Below are positions 5,905-15,887 of a stretch of DNA of 20,000 nt, in pieces. Position 1 is the stretch's first letter. Every line of letters starts with the position of its first letter. This DNA is from an uncultured virus (IMG/VR IMGVR_UViG_3300018417_002450) (Duplodnaviria; Heunggongvirae; Uroviricota; Caudoviricetes), in IMG/VR virus record IMGVR_UViG_3300018417_002450; one strand, written 5' to 3'. The position numbers and the translations under genes were made by a program. The notes under the pieces were generated by a model that saw nothing but the letters and a program-made list of their open reading frames with translations, was not told the origin of the DNA and searched no databases.

Positions 5905-6120
5905 ATGTATATAACACCATGCATAGGCGTTTGCATAGCAGATCCAGAGACTCGGCTATGTCGAGGCTGCAAAAGAACTGTATGGGAAATACGAAATTGG
6001 AATAATTATACAGATGAAGAGCGCATGAAAGTAATGCGTAGACTTGGCTATGGAAAACGAAAAAAACGTATAAATAATAAAAACGCTAATAGTCATATAG
6101 GAGACGAAGATGGCACTTAA
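5905..6120 (+). CDS. DUF1289-family small Cys-rich (metal-binding) protein
   Basis: TPCIGVC...LCRGCKRTVWEIRNW...ER pattern characteristic of DUF1289. Confidence 0.8.
   Translation: MYITPCIGVCIADPETRLCRGCKRTVWEIRNWNNYTDEERMKVMRRLGYGKRKKRINNKNANSHIGDEDGT
6069..6076 (+). promoter_or_regulatory. T4-type late promoter (TATAAATA) for structural/enzyme operon
   Basis: Exact box 33 nt upstream of ATG 6110 (AGGAG RBS). Confidence 0.75.
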
Positions 6121-6304
6121 AGTAACGGGCAATACAGTCGTATCTGATACACTTATTTTATCAAACATCGCCAACACAGATGTAACCACAGATACTACAA
6201 TTAATTCATCTATTATCAAGCAAGGTAATGTTTTACGTATTTACGATTCTGCTGGAGATGAGATTAGAACTCTTTGGTGCGCTGCAACAACAGCAGTGAC
6301 TTAA
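6110..6304 (+). CDS. Small Thr-rich putative virion protein
   Basis: Good RBS and late promoter. MALKVTGNTVV start and beta-rich composition resemble small fibre-associated proteins. Confidence 0.65.
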   Translation: MALKVTGNTVVSDTLILSNIANTDVTTDTTINSSIIKQGNVLRIYDSAGDEIRTLWCAATTAVT

Positions 6305-6319
6305 TAAGGAGTCAAAATC

Positions 6320-8131
6320 ATGGCAGTACGTTTACCTTTAGCCGCACAACCAGTAGACGGCGATACCGCAGGTCTTCAAATTTTTGAAATGGCAAGTGCA
6401 GGCGTTGATAACATTCATAAATTTGCTACTTATGCATATGCTCAAGATCCTTCAGTAAATCTTGAAGTTGATACAGCAAATGGTACTCTATTAAGTGGAC
6501 AACCTTTTGTCGATACTTACTATGTTGCTGGCGCTTATAGTACTAGAATAGATCGTTATGCTACAGAAGCAGAAACAGCTAATATTGTATTAACAACAGA
6601 TAATTATAACAGATTAAGATATGTTCTTGATTCTGTTACGTTACCAACTGGTGACACGAACGATACTCAATTTCCTCTTTATCTGTATAATGCTCAAGGA
6701 ACTTATGGCGGAGAAAATCCAAATAATCCAAATACGCATATGAGATGTATGACTCGCCAGGACTTTATTGATACATTTGTACTGCCAGCATTATCGATGA
6801 TGGATTCCGACGGTTTTTATAACGGAACAAACAATATAGAGCAAAACGGTACTTATTTTTTAACTACGACCAATACACCGACTAATGCTACAGTTGTTTC
6901 AAACACTCCCGTAGCAATCAACAGTGAAGCTAATGCTGGTGCTTATCAAGCTGCTCAAATTCCTGAAGCTGTAAAGCAAACTGTTGATGTAAACTATTAT
7001 ATCGCAAAAGTAGATTTCCCAGCAACATCGTACGCAATTTATGACGCTGTTTTAGGAACTTATGACTTGCCTTTATATTTTAATTCAGGCGATGAGATGA
7101 TATATCAGCATACACCAACAACTTGGTCAAACCTAATAGGACCTTTCCTAAGATATTATTTTGGAACTGCTGGCTCAGGATATGATTATACGTATAGTTT
7201 ATCGGCCGGCACACAAAAAGGAACAACATACGTTGATACTCGTTTGACTAACTCAAGCACATACGAGCAGCGTTTTGTTAATGCAGATGATTATCGCACG
7301 CAAGAATTTCCTAATGGTACGCAAACAACAATTAGCGCCAACCAACAAATTCTTTATATTAACAGAGCAGGAACACCATCTTATGGTGCATCTTCTAATC
7401 CATCAGGTTCAGTAAGTGAAGGTGCATCAGTTACATTTACACTCACTACAACGAACGTATTAGATGGAACAAACTTTAATTACGCAATTACGGGTATTAC
7501 GGCTGCAGACATTACATCTGGAAGCTTGACCGGCACAGTAACCACGAGCTCAGGTGCTGCTTCTACATCCATCACACTTAAAGTAGATGGATTAGCAGAA
7601 AGCGAAACAGCAACATGCACATTTACTACTCCAGGCGGTGATAGATCTGTAGCGGTAACTGTCACTGATGTCGCTGAATCAGTATCTCTAGAAGGTACAA
7701 CTTCCACTGCGCATTCTACAGGTCATCTACCATTATCTGATGGCGGTATTGATATGGGTTGGAGATTTAATTCTGATGGTACTATTGATGATTGGGATGA
7801 AGATGCAACACCTCAGTTCTCTGGTGGCCGCAATGCCGTTACACACCAGGATTGGTGTAATGTATCACCGCCAGTTGGAACGTATTGGATTAGAGCAACA
7901 GAATATGCATCAACTACTGGCGGTAATCATAGTTGGACCAATTCTACACATAATCTAAATACATGGTATCAATTAAATACAAACCGTTTATGGAATTTTG
8001 AAGATAATAGTTTGACTGCTTCGTATGTTGGTAGATCAGTAACACTTAAAATTGATATCGCTTCAGATTCAGGTGGTTCGACCATTGTTGCAACAGGATA
8101 CTATATGAGTTTTTATGAAGGCGGAGCATAA
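6320..8131 (+). CDS. Virion structural / tail-fibre-associated protein with Calx-beta/Ig-like domain
   Basis: TAAGGAG RBS. T/S/G/A/Y-rich and Lys-poor. SVSEGASVTFTLTTTNV...TGITAADI...ITLKVDGLAESET resembles a Calx-beta-like Ig module. Trp-rich C-terminal domain. Confidence 0.7.
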   Translation: MAVRLPLAAQPVDGDTAGLQIFEMASAGVDNIHKFATYAYAQDPSVNLEVDTANGTLLSGQPFVDTYYVAGAYSTRIDRYATEAETANIVLTTDNYNRLRYVLDSVTLPTGDTNDTQFPLYLYNAQGTYGGENPNNPNTHMRCMTRQDFIDTFVLPALSMMDSDGFYNGTNNIEQNGTYFLTTTNTPTNATVVSNTPVAINSEANAGAYQAAQIPEAVKQTVDVNYYIAKVDFPATSYAIYDAVLGTYDLPLYFNSGDEMIYQHTPTTWSNLIGPFLRYYFGTAGSGYDYTYSLSAGTQKGTTYVDTRLTNSSTYEQRFVNADDYRTQEFPNGTQTTISANQQILYINRAGTPSYGASSNPSGSVSEGASVTFTLTTTNVLDGTNFNYAITGITAADITSGSLTGTVTTSSGAASTSITLKVDGLAESETATCTFTTPGGDRSVAVTVTDVAESVSLEGTTSTAHSTGHLPLSDGGIDMGWRFNSDGTIDDWDEDATPQFSGGRNAVTHQDWCNVSPPVGTYWIRATEYASTTGGNHSWTNSTHNLNTWYQLNTNRLWNFEDNSLTASYVGRSVTLKIDIASDSGGSTIVATGYYMSFYEGGA

Positions 8132-8144
8132 GGAGTAAAACAAT

Positions 8145-8723
8145 ATGGCAGAATTTAGTGGAAAAATCGTAAGTGCTTTTTATGCAAACGAAGCACGCGA
8201 TTTAGTTAAAATTAGATGGGACGATAATGGTACTTTAAATGTGTATCATCTTCCTGTAGACGAAAATAATGCAGAATTTCAAGAGCTTTTAGATGAAGGA
8301 TGGGACCTTGAAAAGATTGCAGATGAAACAGCCGAAGAATTAAGGGGCCAAAGTCAAGCATTTAATATACAAGTTAATGAGGCAGCAAAAGCGCTCGCCA
8401 AAGAAATGCTTGGTATGAAAGTTCTTCAGGATGAGCGAGATCGTCTTGCAGCAGAAAAAGAAAAGCTGGGAGAGCAAGTTAGTTCAAAAGAAGAAACTTT
8501 AATTGGACTTGATAAAGAGGTTAAAATTAAAACAAACCAAGTTGATAGCGCTTATTTTGAATATCTATGGGAAATAAATGAAAACAAAGAAGAGCTTTTT
8601 AAGTTTAAATTATGGGCACTTGAATTAGATGCTGTTAAAGATGCAGGTAAAGAAATTAAATCATCTATTAGAAAAGCTACACGCATTTCACAAGGCTTAG
8701 CGATTGTTGACGCATTAATTTAA
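8145..8723 (+). CDS. Hypothetical protein with central coiled coil
   Basis: TAAGGAG RBS. E/K-rich helical middle region. Confidence 0.75.
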   Translation: MAEFSGKIVSAFYANEARDLVKIRWDDNGTLNVYHLPVDENNAEFQELLDEGWDLEKIADETAEELRGQSQAFNIQVNEAAKALAKEMLGMKVLQDERDRLAAEKEKLGEQVSSKEETLIGLDKEVKIKTNQVDSAYFEYLWEINENKEELFKFKLWALELDAVKDAGKEIKSSIRKATRISQGLAIVDALI

Positions 8724-8724
8724 A

Positions 8725-9426
8725 ATGCCTTATATAGATAATGAGCTGACAGCGATGGTTGACCTTTCAACGTATTGCAACGCATCTTGTCCCCAATGTC
8801 ATAGAACAGACCAAGAAGATATTTCTAAAAAAAACTATTGGCTTCCTTTAGTTCAATGGTCGTTTGAGACTTTTAAAAAAAGATTTCCAGTACAATCTCT
8901 TTATAGATACAAGCAAATAATTTTTTGCGGCACTTGGGGTGACCCAATGATGAATAAAGACATTATGGAAATCATAAGATATGTTTTATCAAGTAATAAC
9001 AAAACTATTGTCATTGTTAACACAAACGCAAGCCTAAGAGATGAAACTTGGTGGTGGGAACTTGGCATGTTAAGTTACAAATATCATCACAGGCTTGAGG
9101 TCATATTTGATGTTGATGGCATTACACAAGAGCAGCATGCTAGATATAGGGTAGGAACGGAGCTTGATAAAGTTTTAACTCATATGCGTGCTTATACAGA
9201 GTCTGGATCAATTGCTAAATGCTTCACTATCGTATTTGAACACAATCAAGACGACGTTGAAAAAATAGGTGAATTAGCTAAAGCAAATGGTGCAATAAGT
9301 ATGTACATCCAACCGTCAAATAGATTTGATAAAAATCCAGAGCAGTTTAGATATATACAAGAAGGAAAAATACGACACTTAAAACCACCTACAAAATATA
9401 CTGAATTTAAGGTAATAGGACTATGA
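8725..9426 (+). CDS. Radical SAM protein (core domain only)
   Basis: CNASCPQC (CxxxCxxC), FCGTWGDPMM, VNTNAS, FDVDG. Confidence 0.9.
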   Translation: MPYIDNELTAMVDLSTYCNASCPQCHRTDQEDISKKNYWLPLVQWSFETFKKRFPVQSLYRYKQIIFCGTWGDPMMNKDIMEIIRYVLSSNNKTIVIVNTNASLRDETWWWELGMLSYKYHHRLEVIFDVDGITQEQHARYRVGTELDKVLTHMRAYTESGSIAKCFTIVFEHNQDDVEKIGELAKANGAISMYIQPSNRFDKNPEQFRYIQEGKIRHLKPPTKYTEFKVIGL

Positions 9427-9809
9427 AAAAAATACGATGTTCTTTCTTTGAAAAAAATGAATTAAATATAAATCCAGATGGTCAGGTGTATCCATGCTGC
9501 TTTTTTGCTAATACTCTTTTTCTAGCAAAACAATTTGGATATCCTAAAAGGGGTGATATAGATCTTAGAGAAATAGATAGTAATCATATTCAAAACGGAT
9601 TGCAAAACTCTGAAGCTATAGCCGTAGGAGTCATAGATAATAATCCAATATATAAAGAGTACGTTGAAAATGAAGCTGATTATAATTTAGATAATAAAAG
9701 TATTACTGAAATCGTAAACTCTGAGTGGTATACTAAACTTGAAGAGTCTCGTAAAACTTGGGATACTGCCCCTCAAGTATGTAAAAATTGGTGCACTATT
9801 AGTGACTAA
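9423..9809 (+). CDS. Stand-alone SPASM/twitch-like Fe-S domain protein
   Basis: RC...INPDGQVYPCC...NLDNKSITEIVNSEWY...VCKNWC. ATGA overlap with upstream stop. Confidence 0.8.
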   Translation: MKKIRCSFFEKNELNINPDGQVYPCCFFANTLFLAKQFGYPKRGDIDLREIDSNHIQNGLQNSEAIAVGVIDNNPIYKEYVENEADYNLDNKSITEIVNSEWYTKLEESRKTWDTAPQVCKNWCTISD

Positions 9810-10494
9810 ACTTATTAATTTCTATAATCGTTCATATGGCAAAGCTGAGCATTTAAGAAAGCCTGGTACTAGAAATATTAATATGGACATAACTAATAGA
9901 TGTACTCTAGCATGCCTAACATGTGAAAGACAATGGCGTATTCAATTAAAGGGAAAAGTTGCGGGCGAAGTTTTATCAGTGTCTGATTTTGAAAAATACA
10001 TACCGTGGTTTGACCATTTTGATTTTTGTGGACAAGTTTCAGATCCTAGCATGCATCCTGAGTTTGATAAAATTTTAGAACTTGTAGCAAAAAATGATAA
10101 GAGTGCTGATATTCATAACACTGCTTCTCAAAGACCAGAGAAATGGTATAGAAGAATGTTTGATATATCAGCAGGTACTAGAATAGCCTGGCGTTTTGGA
10201 ATAGATGGATTACCAAAAGATTCGCATAAATACAGGACAAGGCAAGACGGACAAAAGTTATTTGAAATGATGTCTATTGCTGCAAAATACAATCCTAAAA
10301 TTACAATTTATTGGAAATACATTATTTTTAATTATAATCAAAATGATATAGAAGTGTGTAAACAAACGGCCAAGGACTTAGGAGTAATATTTAATACCGT
10401 CAACTCAAGAAGACATCCGCCAGGTTTAAGGCCAGACGAGGCATTGACTTCAAAACTTGCTATGGACAATTCGTATTTTTATCCAGATGACTGA
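9802..10494 (+). CDS. Radical SAM protein (core domain only)
   Basis: CTLACLTC, FCGQVSDPSMHP, HNTAS, FGIDG. GTG 9802 overlapping the upstream gene end is a more likely start than the track's 9739. Confidence 0.88.
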   Translation: MTKLINFYNRSYGKAEHLRKPGTRNINMDITNRCTLACLTCERQWRIQLKGKVAGEVLSVSDFEKYIPWFDHFDFCGQVSDPSMHPEFDKILELVAKNDKSADIHNTASQRPEKWYRRMFDISAGTRIAWRFGIDGLPKDSHKYRTRQDGQKLFEMMSIAAKYNPKITIYWKYIIFNYNQNDIEVCKQTAKDLGVIFNTVNSRRHPPGLRPDEALTSKLAMDNSYFYPDD

Positions 10495-10828
10495 AAAATT
10501 TAAACCAATATGTATGACCAACACAGAAGGCATGGCTCACACTTGCTCAGGTCATTTAATTCCGTGCTGTCACCTTGATTATGTTGCTAATTGCGATCCT
10601 GCGTATAGAGAATTACTTAAAGACGAATTAAAACTATCAAACAACGATAGTGTAGAAGACATATTAACTTCTGATGAATGGCTAAATTTTGGGCGAGCTG
10701 TTTTTAAAGGATTAAACGAAGGAATAGAATATGCTCCTACGTCTTGTCAAAGAAAATGCGGTCCAAAAGATGGTTGGGATCCAAAACAGACTTTTAAACT
10801 AAACGAGTATCCCAAAGGTTGGAAATGA
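10487..10828 (+). CDS. Stand-alone SPASM/twitch-like Fe-S domain protein
   Basis: PIC...GHLIPCC...SVEDILTSDEW...SCQRKC. ATG 10487 chosen as start. Confidence 0.78.
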   Translation: MTEKFKPICMTNTEGMAHTCSGHLIPCCHLDYVANCDPAYRELLKDELKLSNNDSVEDILTSDEWLNFGRAVFKGLNEGIEYAPTSCQRKCGPKDGWDPKQTFKLNEYPKGWK

Positions 10829-11925
10829 AACATTATTGTGCAGCTCCTTTTACACATATATCTATTGACCCACGAGGCGTGCTGCTTCCATGTTGTAGAT
10901 ATAAAAAACCTTTATCAAACTTAGATGAAGAGAGAATAGACGAAGGTTGGAATAATCAAAACTTTCAGGATTTAAGAAATCAATTTTTAAATGGTGAAAA
11001 GCCCGAGGCTTGTTCTGATTGTTGGCACGCTGAAGAGTCAGGTAACCAAAGTTTAAGAAGTGTTATTAATGGTTGGGCTCGTAATAAAAAGTTTGACTCA
11101 GCAATAGTAACAGACGGACCTGTTTATTATGAATTTAAAACAACTAATGTATGTAATCTTAAATGTCGCATGTGCGGTTCTTTTAATTCAAGTCAAATTG
11201 CAAAAGAAACAGAATTAATAGCAACACGTAAGCATTATTTAAAACATAAATTGATAGGTACACATCATGAGCCTATCGTATATGAATGGCTTAAGAAAGC
11301 AGATTATATTCTCTTTGCTGGCGGCGAGCCATTTGTTAATGAAGAAATCAAAGAGATCATGTCTTATATCGATGATCAAGATTTAAATCATATTAGAACT
11401 TTAATAGTAACAAATGGAACTCATTGGAATGATAAGTTTGTAAAGCAATTAAAAACGTTGTGGGATTTAGATATAAGGATTAGCTTAGATGATATATATG
11501 AAAGAAACGATTACCAAAGGGAAGGTTCTGATTTTAATATAATTGAACAAAACTTTATTAAGTTTTCAAAAAACTTTTATGGAAAGGTGACGTTTAATTG
11601 CACTTTAAATTGGTATAATATATATCATATAGATGAATTTTTAGAATATGCTGACGACTTTAATACGCCCGTGTCAATACAATACGTGGAAAATCCGTCA
11701 TATTTAAATATTAGCAATTTACCGATAGCTATAAAAGAAATTGTTTGTAATAAATTTAAAGATACGAAAGACGAAAGAATTAAAAAAATTATAAGACGAA
11801 TGATGATTGATGGCGAAGATCAATCTGATAAATTTTGGAAACATATAAATTATTATGATAAGCTGAGAGGCAACGATTTTAGAGTTGCTTTCCCAGAGTG
11901 GAGTAAGATTCTTGAGAGCGTGTAA
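10825..11925 (+). CDS. Radical SAM protein with N-terminal SPASM/twitch domain
   Basis: YCAAPF...LPCC...CSDC, then CNLKCRMC, AGGEPF, VTNGT, ISLD. ATGA coupling at 10825. Confidence 0.9.
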   Translation: MKHYCAAPFTHISIDPRGVLLPCCRYKKPLSNLDEERIDEGWNNQNFQDLRNQFLNGEKPEACSDCWHAEESGNQSLRSVINGWARNKKFDSAIVTDGPVYYEFKTTNVCNLKCRMCGSFNSSQIAKETELIATRKHYLKHKLIGTHHEPIVYEWLKKADYILFAGGEPFVNEEIKEIMSYIDDQDLNHIRTLIVTNGTHWNDKFVKQLKTLWDLDIRISLDDIYERNDYQREGSDFNIIEQNFIKFSKNFYGKVTFNCTLNWYNIYHIDEFLEYADDFNTPVSIQYVENPSYLNISNLPIAIKEIVCNKFKDTKDERIKKIIRRMMIDGEDQSDKFWKHINYYDKLRGNDFRVAFPEWSKILESV

Positions 11926-12961
11926 CGCACCCTTCAACAACATGTATATTACACTTCAAGGCAGGGTTTCCCCTTGCTGGAAACTGCCTGGGTTTTGCGA
12001 GACTTGGAGTAAAGATAAATCTTTAATGGATATATGGCAAGGTGAAACGTTTCAAAAATACAGAGATGCTTTAAGTCAAAATGTATTTTTAGATCGGTGT
12101 ATGGAATGCAAAAAAGATATTGATAATAATATCTGGCCATTGGCGAAAGCATACGAAAAGTTTCCAGTAAATACTATGCCATCTCTTATGGAAATTGAAT
12201 TAAGCAATCAATGTAATCTTGAATGCATTATGTGTAATGGTAATTTAAGTTCCGGCATTAGAAAAAACAGAGATAAGCTTCCTCCTTTACCTCAAATATT
12301 TGATAATTCGTTTTTAGAACAAATGCGAGAGTTTATTCCACACCTTACTGAATTAAGAGTAAATGGTGGTGAGCCTTTTGCTCAAAAAATATTATTAGAT
12401 TTACTTGATGTTGTAGCTGAAATTAAACCGGAGCTTAAAGTTAATATCGCGACTAATGGTACTGTTTATAACAAAAGAGTTCAAGGAATACTTGATAAAT
12501 GTAATATCCATTTAAATATTAGTATTGATAGTTTAATTCCAGAACGATATGAAGAAATACGAGTAAATGGTAACTTTGTTACGCTTATGAAATACTTTGA
12601 TATATTTAAAAATTATTGTCATACAAATAACCGAAGTTTATCCATTATGGTTAACCCTATGAATATGAATTGGGATGAGATGATAGAGTTTGTAAGGTTT
12701 ACTGATAAACACAAATGCAATCTTTGGTATAATACTATTTTATATCCAACACATGTTACGCTTAAACATTTACCCGGCACAAAGCTTGCTGCGATTATTG
12801 ATGATATGAAAAAAGAACTAAATACAATTATAGGTTTTAGAAACTATGACAAAGCAGAACATCTAATAAGCCAATTAGAAAACTGGTGCTTAGATTCTTT
12901 AGATGGAACTCGAATTGATTTATATACTGATGGAGGGAGTTTGATTAATGCAACCCGATAA
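11912..12961 (+). CDS. Radical SAM protein with N-terminal SPASM/twitch domain
   Basis: CNAPF...SPCW...CMEC, then CNLECIMC, NGGEPF, ATNGT, ISIDS. TTG 11912 has GGAG 8 nt upstream (track start 11885). Confidence 0.9.
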   Translation: MRACNAPFNNMYITLQGRVSPCWKLPGFCETWSKDKSLMDIWQGETFQKYRDALSQNVFLDRCMECKKDIDNNIWPLAKAYEKFPVNTMPSLMEIELSNQCNLECIMCNGNLSSGIRKNRDKLPPLPQIFDNSFLEQMREFIPHLTELRVNGGEPFAQKILLDLLDVVAEIKPELKVNIATNGTVYNKRVQGILDKCNIHLNISIDSLIPERYEEIRVNGNFVTLMKYFDIFKNYCHTNNRSLSIMVNPMNMNWDEMIEFVRFTDKHKCNLWYNTILYPTHVTLKHLPGTKLAAIIDDMKKELNTIIGFRNYDKAEHLISQLENWCLDSLDGTRIDLYTDGGSLINATR

Positions 12962-13556
12962 TATTATATTTGTAAAACATGGTACTAAATATAATGCTGA
13001 GCATGTAAACAGATTACGTGACCAACTTATGGAATATTATAAGTGTGCTTATATGTGTTATACCGATGATCCGATTGGTGTTGAAATTGAAACAATACCA
13101 TGTTTTAAAAAACCAACTTTAAAATATTGGTGGAACAAGTTGGCCATGTTTAGTAAAGATTTTCCAGCACGAGGTAAATGTTTATTCTTTGATTTAGATA
13201 TGGATATAAAACGCGATCCATCAGAATATCTGAAGTGGAATGGCTTAACAATAATAAAAGACTATTGGAAAGATGATTTGTATATGGCCCCGCATGCTTA
13301 TGACGTGCACATAAATAGTTCTGTAATTACGTGGACCGCAGGTGAACAAAATCATATATGGGAACACTTCTTATCTAATAAAGATTATTTTATGAGAAAG
13401 TATGCAGGCATTGATAGATTTTTAGTTCACGAAGGTTTAAAATTTAACACGTTTGAGCACGGGCTGGTTAACAGCGTCGCTAATCCTTCTGAATGGAATG
13501 CGCCAATTGATATGTATAATGGATTAAAATATGATGTACAAAGAAGAAGTTTATAA
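12948..13556 (+). CDS. GT-A fold glycosyltransferase (GT8-like)
   Basis: VKHGTKY, CYTDD, WWNKLAMF, FFDLD (DxD), INSSV, GIDRFL. Confidence 0.8.
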   Translation: MQPDNIIFVKHGTKYNAEHVNRLRDQLMEYYKCAYMCYTDDPIGVEIETIPCFKKPTLKYWWNKLAMFSKDFPARGKCLFFDLDMDIKRDPSEYLKWNGLTIIKDYWKDDLYMAPHAYDVHINSSVITWTAGEQNHIWEHFLSNKDYFMRKYAGIDRFLVHEGLKFNTFEHGLVNSVANPSEWNAPIDMYNGLKYDVQRRSL

Positions 13557-14181
13557 AAATGCTTTAGAAATAATCCGGCAAATATATGAAGAGTCGAAGT
13601 ATAATCCAGATGTGGATTTATACAGAAGCTTAGATATTATTACTGCAACTAATGATGCCCAATTAACGAGCAAAGAATGGCTGGTTAATAATCTAATTCA
13701 ATACTTAGGCAAAAAGTATCTTGCGTTTCCATTGCGAGATGTTTTAATAATGGGCAGTTGGTATGGATTAACAAGCGCTATATTGCGTCAACATATTTCG
13801 GATAATGTTAAAATATGGAATATAGATTCTGATCCTTTATGCGCTGAATACGGATATAAACTAAACCATCACGAAAATACTATTCACGTATCAGACGACG
13901 CTATTGAATATTACTTTGATAGAGCAGATGCATTCCAATTAATTATTAATACAAGTTGTGAGCATATGGAGCAAGAGGATATTCGTATGATATTGAATTC
14001 AAAACCTATTGATACTATAGCTTGTTTTCAAAGCAATAACTATCATAACGAGGCAGAGCATATTAACACACATAATAGTTTGGATGAGTTTGTTGACTCG
14101 TTACAATTAGCTAGTGTTTATTATAAAGGTAAAATGAGCCCTTCTGAGGACTATACAAGGTATATGGTGATAGGAATATGA
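13531..14181 (+). CDS. Class I SAM-dependent methyltransferase
   Basis: VLIMGSWYG glycine loop, NIDSD, IINTSCEHM, FQSNNY. Confidence 0.8.
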   Translation: MMYKEEVYKNALEIIRQIYEESKYNPDVDLYRSLDIITATNDAQLTSKEWLVNNLIQYLGKKYLAFPLRDVLIMGSWYGLTSAILRQHISDNVKIWNIDSDPLCAEYGYKLNHHENTIHVSDDAIEYYFDRADAFQLIINTSCEHMEQEDIRMILNSKPIDTIACFQSNNYHNEAEHINTHNSLDEFVDSLQLASVYYKGKMSPSEDYTRYMVIGI

Positions 14182-15887
14182 GTAGAGTAGTCTTTACAAC
14201 GTATGATGATATTGATCACGTGGTCGATCGATGGGGCGGGAACGTACACCAAATAGATCAAATAAAAGAATACAAAGATCGTTTACTAGATAATAAAAAA
14301 ATGTACGCTGATAAAATTGGTGCTGACTTTAAGTTTTATGATAATACTATGAAAGACTTTGAGGTTGATGCTGGATTTGATTTTGCTAAGGTAAATTTAT
14401 ATAAACATTATTTAATGGCTCAATTAGCTGAAGAGTATGACGAAGTAATGTATGTTGATATGGATGTTTTATTTAATACTGAGCTTAATGTATTTGAAGA
14501 GCTTGACTTAGAAAAAGGCATTCATATTAAAGATCAAGACGATAAAATTGTTAATAAAAATATTAAAGAAATAATATTTCAATCAGTCGGTCAACGCAGT
14601 CCTACAATTAAATACCATATTACTAAAGACTTATTAGATGGACAAGATAACCATGTAATGAATACAGGTATTATGATTGGTAAATCCAAACATATAAAAC
14701 AAATTCATTATTACGATCGTATGATGGAAGCAATAACAAAAATAGAACAAATTAAATCGGATAACCTTGAAAGAGAAGATGGATCTTATTTAAGAGTTTA
14801 TTATTATCCAAATAACGAAAGCATATTTTCTTATATCATGGAAAAGTATAATGTGCCATATGTATTAATGGATAAAGAATGGCATTATATTATTAGTGAT
14901 CCAGAAAAAATTAACTTTGATGACATTAAAATAGCTCATTTTGTTAACAAAAAGTTTAATATGTATTTTAAAGATAAAACAAAACTTATCTATTCAATTT
15001 ATATTGAAATACCTGATGAACGATTAGATAATCCAAGAGGACACAGTGACGATCCTGTTAATAAAAGCTTGAGAACAAAACAGCGTTTAAGTAATTACAA
15101 AAAAGAACTAATTAAAAATCATATGGATTATGCTGCAAGTGTAGGTGCAGATTATATTAACTTTAGGCGAGACGACGAGTATGAAGAGTTTTTTAATAGG
15201 TTTCCAGATTTATCTGAATATGATATTATTAATTTATATAAAGTTCACCTTTTAGATAAGCTTACAAAAACCACGGATTTAGTTTTGTATATAGATTATG
15301 ATGTGGTATTTAACAAAGACATTGACGCGTTTAATTTCTTAAAGGCCGAATCGTGTCTTTGCTGTGATATATCGTCAGGCGAAGATGCTGGTGTTACCCC
15401 TAGCGTTCGTGGTTATTTTGAAAAATATGAAAAAGACTTTCGGAATCCTCAAGCTAAATATTGGAATTGCCATGCGCTGCTGCAAGAGGAAGACCTTGAT
15501 GGAGACAATAAAGTGTTTAACACCGGTATTATGATGGCAAGCAGAAAAGTAATGGATAGTTTAAATTATTTTGATGGTATAGATAACGTTCTTGAAACAA
15601 TGAAAGAGCTTAAAGAATTTTCAATGTATCCACCAGCTATACAAAAATCGTTTGGTTATGATAATGAAACTATTATGTCTTATAAAGTTCAGATGAATAA
15701 TGTACCAGTATATCCGTTATCCGAAACTTGGCATTATAAGCATGATACTCATAAAATTAAAACCTACGATATAAATACTATTGAGTTTCAACAAGAAAAA
15801 GCAAAATATAATAGTTCAGTAAAAGAACATAACGTAATTATGACACATTTTATCTCTAAGAATTTTGGATTAGTATTTGATGCATAA
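14178..15887 (+). CDS. Tandem two-domain GT-A glycosyltransferase (GT34/GT8-like)
   Basis: Duplicated motifs NLYK..YVDMD..NTGIM..NESIFSY..EWHY..HF and NLYK..YIDYD..NTGIM..NETIMSY..TWHY..HF. Confidence 0.8.
   Translation: MSRVVFTTYDDIDHVVDRWGGNVHQIDQIKEYKDRLLDNKKMYADKIGADFKFYDNTMKDFEVDAGFDFAKVNLYKHYLMAQLAEEYDEVMYVDMDVLFNTELNVFEELDLEKGIHIKDQDDKIVNKNIKEIIFQSVGQRSPTIKYHITKDLLDGQDNHVMNTGIMIGKSKHIKQIHYYDRMMEAITKIEQIKSDNLEREDGSYLRVYYYPNNESIFSYIMEKYNVPYVLMDKEWHYIISDPEKINFDDIKIAHFVNKKFNMYFKDKTKLIYSIYIEIPDERLDNPRGHSDDPVNKSLRTKQRLSNYKKELIKNHMDYAASVGADYINFRRDDEYEEFFNRFPDLSEYDIINLYKVHLLDKLTKTTDLVLYIDYDVVFNKDIDAFNFLKAESCLCCDISSGEDAGVTPSVRGYFEKYEKDFRNPQAKYWNCHALLQEEDLDGDNKVFNTGIMMASRKVMDSLNYFDGIDNVLETMKELKEFSMYPPAIQKSFGYDNETIMSYKVQMNNVPVYPLSETWHYKHDTHKIKTYDINTIEFQQEKAKYNSSVKEHNVIMTHFISKNFGLVFDA
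15770..15777 (+). promoter_or_regulatory. Possible internal late promoter upstream of the desaturase
   Basis: Exact TATAAATA about 100 nt before the desaturase start, inside a CDS. Could be chance in AT-rich DNA. Confidence 0.35.

Noticed and set aside
6110..6304. RiPP precursor peptide for the radical SAM cluster
   Set aside because: No leader/core pattern and no adjacent transporter or RRE protein. It looks more like a small virion protein and is kept only as a possible substrate.
8725..12961. Assigning radical SAM genes to MoaA, QueE, NrdG or PqqE
   Set aside because: Only generic CxxxCxxC and SPASM-like motifs are visible and the partner pathway genes are absent, so no gene symbol is justified.
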